Shown: piece after piece, positions 27,096-35,202 of the stretch
Numbering within the stretch: position 1 is the first letter of the stretch
Layout: every line of letters begins with the position of its first letter
The notes under the pieces: generated by a model
Seen by the model: the letters and a program-made list of their open reading frames with translations, nothing else
Databases searched by the model: none
What the model was told of the DNA's origin: nothing
Program-made: the position numbers and the translations under genes
NCBI GenBank assembly: GCA_016934335.1
Contig: JAFGTC010000267.1
Location: 10-64,009, forward strand
DNA: 64,000 bases
Direction: 5' to 3'
DNA from: Candidatus Omnitrophota bacterium
GTDB lineage: Bacteria > Hinthialibacterota > Hinthialibacteria > Hinthialibacterales > Hinthialibacteraceae

Positions 27096-28673
27096 ATGGA
27101 GCATTTTTATACGATTATTGAAGGTACGAATTTTACGCAGTTGGATTGGGCGATCGTGGCGTTGTATCTGGCGGTTTCCGTCGGCATTGGAATAATCGCC
27201 AATCGTTACGTGGCCAATATGGTGGATTTTGTGGTGGCGGGGCGAGGCGTTCGGACCGCTTTGGCCGTGGCGACTCTGACGGGAACGGAATTGGGTTTGG
27301 TGACCGTGATGTACTGCGCCCAAAAAGGATTCACCGGGGGCTTCGCCGCGTTTCATATCGGGATCGCTTCGGGCGTGGTGACTTTTTTTGTCGGGCTTAC
27401 CGGTTTTATCGTGGTTCGGCTGCGGCGCTGCGGCGCCATCACTATCCCCGATTATTACCGGATGCGATACGGGAAGAAAACGCAAATCATCGGAGGCTTG
27501 ATGCTTTCGCTGGGGGGCATTTTGAATATGGGGATGTTCCTCAAGGCGGGATCGATGTTTATTGTGGGCATAACCGGCTTGCAGAGCGAAGCCGCTTTAA
27601 CCTGGGTCATGGTGGGGCTGCTGGGTTTGGTATTGTTTTATACGGTTTTGGGGGGAATGATTTCCGTTATTCTTACGGACTACATTCAATTTGTCGTATT
27701 ATCATTGGGTTTATTTTTGGCGACCGGATTGATGATTCAGGCGATCGGCTGGGATCATATTTTTGAGAAGGTCATCGAATTGAAAGGCGAAGCCGGATTC
27801 AATCCCCTGATGGCGGAGAGCGGATTTGGGATTGATTACGTTGTCTGGATGTGCTTTTTGGGGCTGGTGAACTGCGCCTTGTGGCCGACGGCGGTTGCGA
27901 GAGCCCTTTCCTGCGACAGCGAGGAAACCGTGAAGAAACAGTATATGTGGTCTTCCATTTCCTTTACGATTATGTTTATTGTTCCCTATTTTTGGGGAAT
28001 TTGCGCGCTGGTTTATATCACGGAAACGCCGCTGTTGAGCGAAGCCTTTTTCCCCGCGAACGGAGCGGCGGCCATTGATACGCTCTATGGCATGCCCATT
28101 TTGATGGGGCGCATCCTGCCGGCGGGGATCATCGGAATCATCACTGCTTCGATGATTGCGGCCTTTATGTCCACCCATGACAGTTATCTTCTGTGTTGGA
28201 GCTCCGTGCTGACGAATGACGTCTTCGCTCCCATTTTAGGATCGAGAATGACGGAGAAACTCAAGGTGTTTCTGGCGAGGATTTTAATCGTAGTCATCGG
28301 CGTCATCATTCTGATCATCAGTTTTGTCTATCCATTGAAAGCGGAGTTGTGGGATTATATGGCCGTGACGGGCGCCATCTATTTCACAGGCGCTTTCGCT
28401 CTGCTGTTTGGAGGATTGTACTGGCGGCGCGCCAGTTCAACGGGGGCGGTGCTCGCGTTGTTCACCGGCGGCATTTCCGTGCTCGGCCTGCCGGCGGTTC
28501 AAGAAAAGGTTCTGTATTGGCTGGGAATGGGAAGCGAAGCGGTTGCAAGGATTATGACTGTTTGCAGCAGCGAACGAGTCGGGCTGGCTGCGATCGTTTT
28601 ATCTCTTTTCATGATGTGGATGGGTTCGATCTTTTTCCCCGATCATAAAGAACAAGTTCAAGAGGAAATGTGA
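27096..28673 (+). CDS. Sodium:solute symporter family (SSF) transporter
   Basis: 525 aa polytopic protein with SSF-typical helices and glycine-rich segments (GRGVRTALAVATLTGTELG..., ...FMSTHDSYLL). Confidence 0.75.
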   Translation: MEHFYTIIEGTNFTQLDWAIVALYLAVSVGIGIIANRYVANMVDFVVAGRGVRTALAVATLTGTELGLVTVMYCAQKGFTGGFAAFHIGIASGVVTFFVGLTGFIVVRLRRCGAITIPDYYRMRYGKKTQIIGGLMLSLGGILNMGMFLKAGSMFIVGITGLQSEAALTWVMVGLLGLVLFYTVLGGMISVILTDYIQFVVLSLGLFLATGLMIQAIGWDHIFEKVIELKGEAGFNPLMAESGFGIDYVVWMCFLGLVNCALWPTAVARALSCDSEETVKKQYMWSSISFTIMFIVPYFWGICALVYITETPLLSEAFFPANGAAAIDTLYGMPILMGRILPAGIIGIITASMIAAFMSTHDSYLLCWSSVLTNDVFAPILGSRMTEKLKVFLARILIVVIGVIILIISFVYPLKAELWDYMAVTGAIYFTGAFALLFGGLYWRRASSTGAVLALFTGGISVLGLPAVQEKVLYWLGMGSEAVARIMTVCSSERVGLAAIVLSLFMMWMGSIFFPDHKEQVQEEM

Positions 28674-28674
28674 C

Positions 28675-28827
28675 ATGACTTTCTGGATCGTATTGTGGAA
28701 AACCGTTTTTATCATTAGTATGGCGGGATTTGGAATTCTCTCGGTATGGGTGACCATTTTTGGAGCGATGGATATCAAATCGATGCTTTCCACAATTCAA
28801 GAAACGCATGAACGAGGGGATGAGTAG
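28675..28827 (+). CDS. Small (50 aa) membrane protein immediately downstream of the SSF transporter
   Basis: The ATG is 1 nt after the transporter stop. MTFWIVLWKTVFIISMAGFGILSVWVTIFGAMDIK encodes one or two hydrophobic helices. It is below the 60-aa ORF-track cutoff. The call is speculative. Confidence 0.3.
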   Translation: MTFWIVLWKTVFIISMAGFGILSVWVTIFGAMDIKSMLSTIQETHERGDE

Positions 28828-28849
28828 AGTGGGTAGTAGGGGATGGCGT

Positions 28850-28878
28850 GGTGGGCTGCGCTTCGCTTTGAGCCCACC
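28850..28878. repeat. Hairpin repeat copy 1: GGTGGGCT-gcgcttcgctttg-AGCCCACC (also at 39536)
   Basis: The 23-nt core GGGCTGCGCTTCGCTTTGAGCCC is identical to the copy at 39539-39561. The outer stem pair differs compensatorily (T/A here, C/G there). It abuts the galE stop codon (28879) and follows the SSF gene and small ORF. Confidence 0.55.
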
Positions 28879-29868
28879 CTACCAGGCATAGCCATTGGGA
28901 TGTTTTTGATGCCAGAGCCAGGCGGTTTCGACGATCTTATCGATGTCGGTAAAACGGGGCGTCCAACCTAACAATTCCTTCGCTTTCTTTGACGAAGCCA
29001 CCAGCCTGGGCGGATCGCCGGCGCGCCGCTCCGCCTCCACCGCGGGAATGGGATGTTTTGTGATTTTTCTCGCCGCTTCGATCACTTCGCGCACGGAATA
29101 GCCGTGCTCGCTGCCCAGGTTGCAGAAGAGGCTCTCATTTTTGCAATATTCCAAAGCTCGGATATGGGCGTCCGCCAGATCGCTGACGTGGATGTAATCG
29201 CGGATGCAGGAGCCGTCCGGCGTGTCGTAATCCGCGCCAAAAATGGAAATATGCTCCCGCTGTCCGAGAGCGACCTGTAGAACCAGCGGGATGAGATGGG
29301 TTTCGGGATTATGATCCTCGCCGTGCTCTGCGGTTGCGCCTGAAGCGTTGAAATAGCGAAGGATGGCGTGACGGATTCCGTATGAGATTTCATAGCTGCG
29401 CAGGAGCAGTTCGAATGCGAGTTTGGAGCATCCATAGGGATTAATAGGCTGCTGGGGGTGAGATTCGTCAATGGGAACTTCCTGAACGTCGCCGTAAGTG
29501 GCGCAGGTCGATGAAAAGACGATGCGCTTCACGTCATGATCGCGCATCGCGTTGAGAAGGTTGTAGCCGCCGATGAAATTATTGTGGAAATATCTCTCCG
29601 CCTGCGTCATGGATTCGCCGACATAGGCGTAAGCGCCGAAGTGCATTACCGCGTCGATAGTATGAGCATCGAACATCCCCCGCACGGCGTCTCCGTCGCG
29701 GATGTCGCATTCTTCGATGACGGCGTCAGGGTGGACCGCTTCTCGATGGCCGTATTCAAAATTGTCGGCGACAATCACCCGCTTTCCGGCGGCGACTAAA
29801 GCTTCGACATTGACGCTGCCGATGTAGCCGGCGCCTCCAATAACCAGTACTGTTTCATGATCGCTCAC
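28879..29868 (-). CDS. galE: UDP-glucose 4-epimerase (NAD-dependent epimerase/dehydratase)
   Basis: VLVIGGAGYIGS Rossmann motif and a YGCSK catalytic Tyr-x3-Lys motif; 329 aa. Confidence 0.8.
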   Translation of the reverse strand: MSDHETVLVIGGAGYIGSVNVEALVAAGKRVIVADNFEYGHREAVHPDAVIEECDIRDGDAVRGMFDAHTIDAVMHFGAYAYVGESMTQAERYFHNNFIGGYNLLNAMRDHDVKRIVFSSTCATYGDVQEVPIDESHPQQPINPYGCSKLAFELLLRSYEISYGIRHAILRYFNASGATAEHGEDHNPETHLIPLVLQVALGQREHISIFGADYDTPDGSCIRDYIHVSDLADAHIRALEYCKNESLFCNLGSEHGYSVREVIEAARKITKHPIPAVEAERRAGDPPRLVASSKKAKELLGWTPRFTDIDKIVETAWLWHQKHPNGYAW

Positions 29869-29892
29869 AATGATACTCCTAATCTTAATGGC

Positions 29893-31311
29893 CTATGTAA
29901 GTACGCTTTGCGTTTTTGTCCAACAAGCTCCATCGCTGCTTCCATGAAAAATCGTCAGTTCGCAGCCGGCGCCGGCGGCGTGCTCCTGTGCGATGTTTTG
30001 GACGCTCTGCAGTCCTTTTTCTCCGATGCACAAAAAGCAGACCGTGCCGCCTGAACCGCCGCCGGTGATTTTCGCGCCGTACACGCCGTGCGATGATCCC
30101 GCTTCATAGGCGCGTTTGACCAGGGCGTCGGTCGCTTCGCTTCCCAATCCGCAGCGGCTGTAGCTCCAGTGCGATTGATACATCAACTCGCCCAGTTGGA
30201 AATAAGCGTCTTCACGATTCGATTGGGCGGCATGGGGAGAATTGGCCAATTGGAGAAGAAGCGCGAATTCGATGACGCGATGGTTTTCATAAATGGGATG
30301 AGCCGTGCAGGCTTTCACTGCATAGCGCCGATCGGGCTGCGGCGAAGTGATGGGATCGATCGTATCCCCGAAGCGCGAGATGAATTCCTCGCCGCTCATG
30401 ACGCCGGGCAATATAGATTCGTAGCGGGATTCGTATTGCGACGGCGTGAGTTTGGATAGATAGCCTTCGAGGGGCAGGCCGTCTCGCCGGCATGTGCGTT
30501 TGGCTTCCAGAATAACTTGGGGATCGACGCCGCAGTTGTCGGCGATGATGCTGTACCCCATAAAAGCCGCCGTTCGCACGTCTCCATACGAGGCCCCGCC
30601 GACGGAATGCCGCTCGCCGCTGTCAACTCCAACAAAATGCATTTCTTTTGGAATGCCGACGGGGGGAGAAAGGATGTCCGGCCGGCACAAGATGGGCAGA
30701 AGTTGATCCTTGCGGCCGAAATAGGCGGCCAATTGATCCATCAAGCCGCACGGCGCTCCGACAATGTAATTCTCGACTTTCTGCCCCAGCGCCGGGAGTT
30801 CGTTTCCGGACAGTTCGACTTGAAGCGCATGCGACAACGCCGCCAATGTTGCGATTTCCAGCGCGGCGGAGGACGAAACCCCTTTGCCGATCGGAACATC
30901 CGAATCGACCCAGAAATCCGCGCCGTTAAATTCGACGCCTTTTTCTTGGATTAAGCCGAGAACGCAGCCCAGCACATAGGCGGCCCAGGATCGCTTTTTA
31001 TCCTCCGACAAGATTTTTTGGGAAAATCGGTAATCGCCGGTTTTCTCAGAAGGAATCAATTGATCCAAACGATATTGCGCCTCGCTCTCCAATCCGGCGC
31101 GCTCAGCTTCATGACTATAAACGCGCAATATCCCGTCGCGGCGCAACGATGCATAAACGTTCGTGCGGCCGGCGATGGGCATCTGCAGGACGAATGATCC
31201 GGAATAATCGGCGATGCCTCCCATTACATCCAGGCGCCCGGGCGCGGAGGCATGAACGACTTCCCGGTTTGTTCCAAAAAAATCGCATATGCGTGAATCG
31301 AGGTTCATCAA
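29893..31311 (-). CDS. GHMP-family anomeric sugar-1-kinase (galactokinase / L-arabinokinase-like)
   Basis: N-terminal APGRLDVMGGIADYSGSFVLQMPI resembles the arabinokinase/galactokinase motif. GHMP ATP motif PIGKGVSSSAALEIA. At 472 aa it is longer than canonical GalK. Confidence 0.65.
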   Translation of the reverse strand: MMNLDSRICDFFGTNREVVHASAPGRLDVMGGIADYSGSFVLQMPIAGRTNVYASLRRDGILRVYSHEAERAGLESEAQYRLDQLIPSEKTGDYRFSQKILSEDKKRSWAAYVLGCVLGLIQEKGVEFNGADFWVDSDVPIGKGVSSSAALEIATLAALSHALQVELSGNELPALGQKVENYIVGAPCGLMDQLAAYFGRKDQLLPILCRPDILSPPVGIPKEMHFVGVDSGERHSVGGASYGDVRTAAFMGYSIIADNCGVDPQVILEAKRTCRRDGLPLEGYLSKLTPSQYESRYESILPGVMSGEEFISRFGDTIDPITSPQPDRRYAVKACTAHPIYENHRVIEFALLLQLANSPHAAQSNREDAYFQLGELMYQSHWSYSRCGLGSEATDALVKRAYEAGSSHGVYGAKITGGGSGGTVCFLCIGEKGLQSVQNIAQEHAAGAGCELTIFHGSSDGACWTKTQSVLT

Positions 31312-32363
31312 TCGGCTCCCTGATAGGATGTTAAATCGACTTGCTTAAGTTCCCGGGCTTTATCTTCGGGCATTGCATCCGCCATGAAATTGCCCCCGCC
31401 TATCTCTGGGCCGGCTAAAAACTTCTGCAAACCGGGGGAGCGCAAGGGAGGCTGCAGCAGCAGATGGAGATGATACTGGGAGTAATCCCCGCCGTCCACC
31501 GGCGCTTGGAAAAATGACATGACATAAGGAAACGGCATGCCGAAGAGAGAATCGTATCTGCGTATCACGGATTGGAAGACGGCTGCTAAATCGTAGAGTT
31601 CGGAATCGGACATCGAGGCAAGCGTCGCATGGCGCTTCTTGGGGAAGATCATCACCTCATAGGAATAGCGCGCAAAGAATGGAACGAAGGCGCAGGCGGA
31701 CTCGTTCTCGTCGATAACGCGCTCGCCGGATTTCAATTCGCAGCCGAGAATCTCATCGAATATGTTTTGGTTATGCTCTCGATGAAAATCCAATGCGGCA
31801 TCCAGTTCTTTTTCAATTAAGGAGAAGACGAAATTTACGGCGTAAATTTGACAATGGGGATGTGGATTGGAAACGCCAGTGATTTCGCCGCGATTCTCAA
31901 AAATGAGGACAAAACGAATCGAGGGATTTTTGATAAACTCGATCATTTGATCGCGCCAGGCCGTGAAAACATGGGCGACTTGATTGCATGAAATCTGCGC
32001 AAGCGTCACATTATGGCGGGGATCGTAGCAGACGACTCGCGCAATGCCGTCCGCGCGCTTTTTTTGGTAGAGCGCCGGGTGCGCATCCTGGATATTTGGA
32101 GGCACAGCGGGCGCTTCTGCGCCGACAACCGGGAAATCGTTATCGAAAATAAAAACGCCCCTGTAGTCTGGATTTCGGATGCCCCGGGCGCGCACGTTTC
32201 CCGGACATAGATAACAGGCGGGATCATAGGCGGGGCTCTCCTTCGACGGCGCGACGGACGCCCCGCTCCAAGGCCTCGCATCTCGATGCGCCGAGTAAAC
32301 CACCCACTCACGCCGAAGCGGATGCCAACGCTCCTCCCATTTTCCTTGAAATTTCTGGTTCAT
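31308..32363 (-). CDS. galT: Galactose-1-phosphate uridylyltransferase (HIT superfamily)
   Basis: HPHCQIYA (H-x-H-x-Q) active-site motif and a Cys-rich region CYLCPGN; ATGA overlap with the kinase gene. Confidence 0.7.
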   Translation of the reverse strand: MNQKFQGKWEERWHPLRREWVVYSAHRDARPWSGASVAPSKESPAYDPACYLCPGNVRARGIRNPDYRGVFIFDNDFPVVGAEAPAVPPNIQDAHPALYQKKRADGIARVVCYDPRHNVTLAQISCNQVAHVFTAWRDQMIEFIKNPSIRFVLIFENRGEITGVSNPHPHCQIYAVNFVFSLIEKELDAALDFHREHNQNIFDEILGCELKSGERVIDENESACAFVPFFARYSYEVMIFPKKRHATLASMSDSELYDLAAVFQSVIRRYDSLFGMPFPYVMSFFQAPVDGGDYSQYHLHLLLQPPLRSPGLQKFLAGPEIGGGNFMADAMPEDKARELKQVDLTSYQGAD

Positions 32364-32665
32364 AGTTCTTTAATAGCAGTCTGCGGATTACTTTCAGCCT
32401 GCCCTGCCAGTTCGTTTAGATCTTGCTCTCCCAACTCATTCAGCCAGTCTGCTATAAATATCATTGCTTTTGGAGGGGGAAAAGGGAAGATTTGTCGATT
32501 CAAGAATTTCTTTTTGGACATGGAGGAAGGGGATTAGGCGCCGGGGATGCAACATTTTGCTTTTTATGGTAATTTTGATCCAATGGATTCAACCCAGTAC
32601 AAGCGAGGGCTTTAATTACCTATAATGATCCGCTTTCAATCCTATATTGATGAGGCATCGGTGAC

Positions 32666-35098
32666 ATGAAGAGAATGGCGTTTTGCTTTTTTATGATGGG
32701 GTTTTTGTTTTTGGGTCAGATTGCGTTTTCGTCGCATGATTATCCGATTCAACCCGTTTCGTTTGAACAAGTTACGATTGACGATTCATTCTGGGCGGCG
32801 CGAATTCGAACCAATCGGGTGATTACGATTCCTTATGCGTTTACCAAATGCGAGGATACGGGGCGCATCGATAATTTTCGCGCGGCCGGCAAGATCAAAT
32901 ACGCGACCAGTTTCTGTTCGAATTATCCCTTCGACGATTCGGATGTTTTCAAGATCATCGAAGGGGCGGCGTATTCATTGTCCGTTTATCCGGATGCGCA
33001 GCTGGATGAATATCTGGATCGCTTGATTGCGTCGATCGCCGCTGCGCAGGAGGAAGACGGGTATCTGTACACGGCGAGAACCATGAAATCGCAAACGCCG
33101 GTGATCTGGGTGGACGGGCCGCGATGGTCGAATCTGAGAAGCGGTCACGAGTTGTACAATCTGGGGCACATGTACGAAGCCGCCGCGGCGCATTATCTGG
33201 CCACCAATAAGAGATCCCTGCTGGATGTCGCTCTAAAAAGCGCCGATCTGATATGCCGGACATTCGGGCCGGGAAAGAATCCCGGCGTTCCAGGGCATCA
33301 AGAGATTGAAATCGGATTGGTCAAACTATATCGGATCACGGGGAAAGAAGAATACTTGGATATGGCCAAATTTTTCCTGGACCAGCGGGGGAGGGAGGAC
33401 GCCCGGGAACTGTACGGCGAATACAGCCAGGATCATAAGCCCGTGATTGAACAGGATAAAGCGGTCGGTCACGCTGTTCGGGCGGCTTATATGTACTCGG
33501 CCATGACCGATATCGCCGCGCTGACCGGCGACGAGGATTACAAGCAGGCGATTCAGCGCATTTGGAGTAATGTCGTCGACAAGAAATTCTACATCACCGG
33601 CGGCATCGGCGCGCGACACGGGGGAGAGGCGTTCGGCGACGATTATGAACTGCCCAATTTGACGGCTTACAATGAAACATGCGCGGCCATTGCGAACGTT
33701 CTTTGGAACTATCGCATGTTTCTTTTATTCGGCGAGGCTAAATATATCGATGTGCTCGAACGCACTCTTTATAATGGAGCGCTTTCCGGGATCAGCCTGC
33801 GAGGGGACCGGTTTTTCTATCCCAATCCCCTGGCGGCGGGAGCCGGCGGCGTGGAAAGAAGCCCCTGGTTCGGCTGCTCGTGCTGTCCGACCAATCTTTC
33901 GCGATTCATTCCTTCCATTCCCGGCTATATTTACGCCCGGAAGGACGATTCGGTTTATGTCAATTTATTTATCGGCAGCGAAACTTCTTTTACGATGCAG
34001 GATCAGAAAGTTTCGATTCGGCAGGAAAGCGATTATCCCTGGGATGGACGAGTCAATATCTGCCTATCTCCGGAAAAAGAAACTCTCTTCACTCTCAAAA
34101 TCCGCATCCCGGGCTGGGCGAAAAACGAGCCGACGCCCAGCGATCTCTATCATTATCAAAAGACGAACAAGAAAAAAGCGACGTTGTCGATCAACGGAAA
34201 GAAATTCGCCTATCCGATGGAAGATGGATATGCCGTCGTCCATCGGTTGTGGAAAAAAGGCGACAAGGTGGAATTGAATCTGCCCATGAAAGTAAGGCGA
34301 ACGATCGCTCATGAAAACGTGGCGGAGGACGCCGGTAAAGTTGCGTTGGAGTATGGTCCGCTGGTGTATTGCGTCGAATGGCCTGATTATGACGAATCGG
34401 TGTTCAATCTTCTCTTATCGGATAGAACGCCGCTTTCGGTGAAGCGCAATCAGAATATGCATCATTTAGTCAGTTTTGTTAACGTGATTGAAGGAAAAGC
34501 CGATGCGCTTAAATATTCCAAGAATAAAACGCGGTTAAAAAAGACGCCCCTACGATTTCGCGCCATTCCTTATTATGCGTGGGCGCACCGCGGGCCCGGC
34601 GAGATGACCGTCTGGCTTGCCCGCGAGATCGATGCCGCGCAGCCGACTCTCCCGCCGACGATCGCCTCGGAAAGCGCCGTTTCCTATTCGTTCCAGAGAA
34701 AAAATGGTGAAAATATGTTGAGTCCGGCGGCGTTGAACGATCAGTTGGAGCCTTCCGACTCGAACGATCAGTCGATACCGCGTTTTCATTGGTGGCCTCA
34801 CCAGGGAACCCAGGAATGGGTGCAATATGATTTTGCCAAGCCCGAGACGGTTTCGTCAGTTCGCGTGTATTGGTTTGACGATTCAGGTCATGGCAATTGC
34901 CGGGTTCCCGAGTCGTGGAAGATCTTGTATAACGATCAAGGGCAATGGCTGCCGGCATCGGATCCAGGCGAATGCGGCGTCAATAAGGATCAATTCAATG
35001 AAGTCTCATTCGACGCCGTGAAAACCTCTGGCCTTCGACTTGAAATCCAATTGCAGGAAGGATTTTCCGGCGGGATTCTTGAATGGCAGGTTCAGTAA
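32666..35098 (+). CDS. Glycoside hydrolase family 127 (beta-L-arabinofuranosidase, DUF1680) with C-terminal F5/8-type-C (discoidin-like) domain
   Basis: Signal peptide. GH127-typical GHELYNLGHMYEAAAAHY, a ...C.ETCA... motif and SCCPTNLSRF Cys cluster. C-terminal HWWPHQGTQEWVQYDF...VYWFDDSG is a discoidin-like signature. Confidence 0.7.
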   Translation: MKRMAFCFFMMGFLFLGQIAFSSHDYPIQPVSFEQVTIDDSFWAARIRTNRVITIPYAFTKCEDTGRIDNFRAAGKIKYATSFCSNYPFDDSDVFKIIEGAAYSLSVYPDAQLDEYLDRLIASIAAAQEEDGYLYTARTMKSQTPVIWVDGPRWSNLRSGHELYNLGHMYEAAAAHYLATNKRSLLDVALKSADLICRTFGPGKNPGVPGHQEIEIGLVKLYRITGKEEYLDMAKFFLDQRGREDARELYGEYSQDHKPVIEQDKAVGHAVRAAYMYSAMTDIAALTGDEDYKQAIQRIWSNVVDKKFYITGGIGARHGGEAFGDDYELPNLTAYNETCAAIANVLWNYRMFLLFGEAKYIDVLERTLYNGALSGISLRGDRFFYPNPLAAGAGGVERSPWFGCSCCPTNLSRFIPSIPGYIYARKDDSVYVNLFIGSETSFTMQDQKVSIRQESDYPWDGRVNICLSPEKETLFTLKIRIPGWAKNEPTPSDLYHYQKTNKKKATLSINGKKFAYPMEDGYAVVHRLWKKGDKVELNLPMKVRRTIAHENVAEDAGKVALEYGPLVYCVEWPDYDESVFNLLLSDRTPLSVKRNQNMHHLVSFVNVIEGKADALKYSKNKTRLKKTPLRFRAIPYYAWAHRGPGEMTVWLAREIDAAQPTLPPTIASESAVSYSFQRKNGENMLSPAALNDQLEPSDSNDQSIPRFHWWPHQGTQEWVQYDFAKPETVSSVRVYWFDDSGHGNCRVPESWKILYNDQGQWLPASDPGECGVNKDQFNEVSFDAVKTSGLRLEIQLQEGFSGGILEWQVQ

Positions 35099-35202
35099 AC
35101 GCCAGGTTGATTTCCAGAAGGATTTATCTACTCTTAAGGTGGAAAATACGAAAGATAGCAACAGTCTCGATCAAGGCGTAGAAAACAGGAAAGGCTAGTG
35201 CA

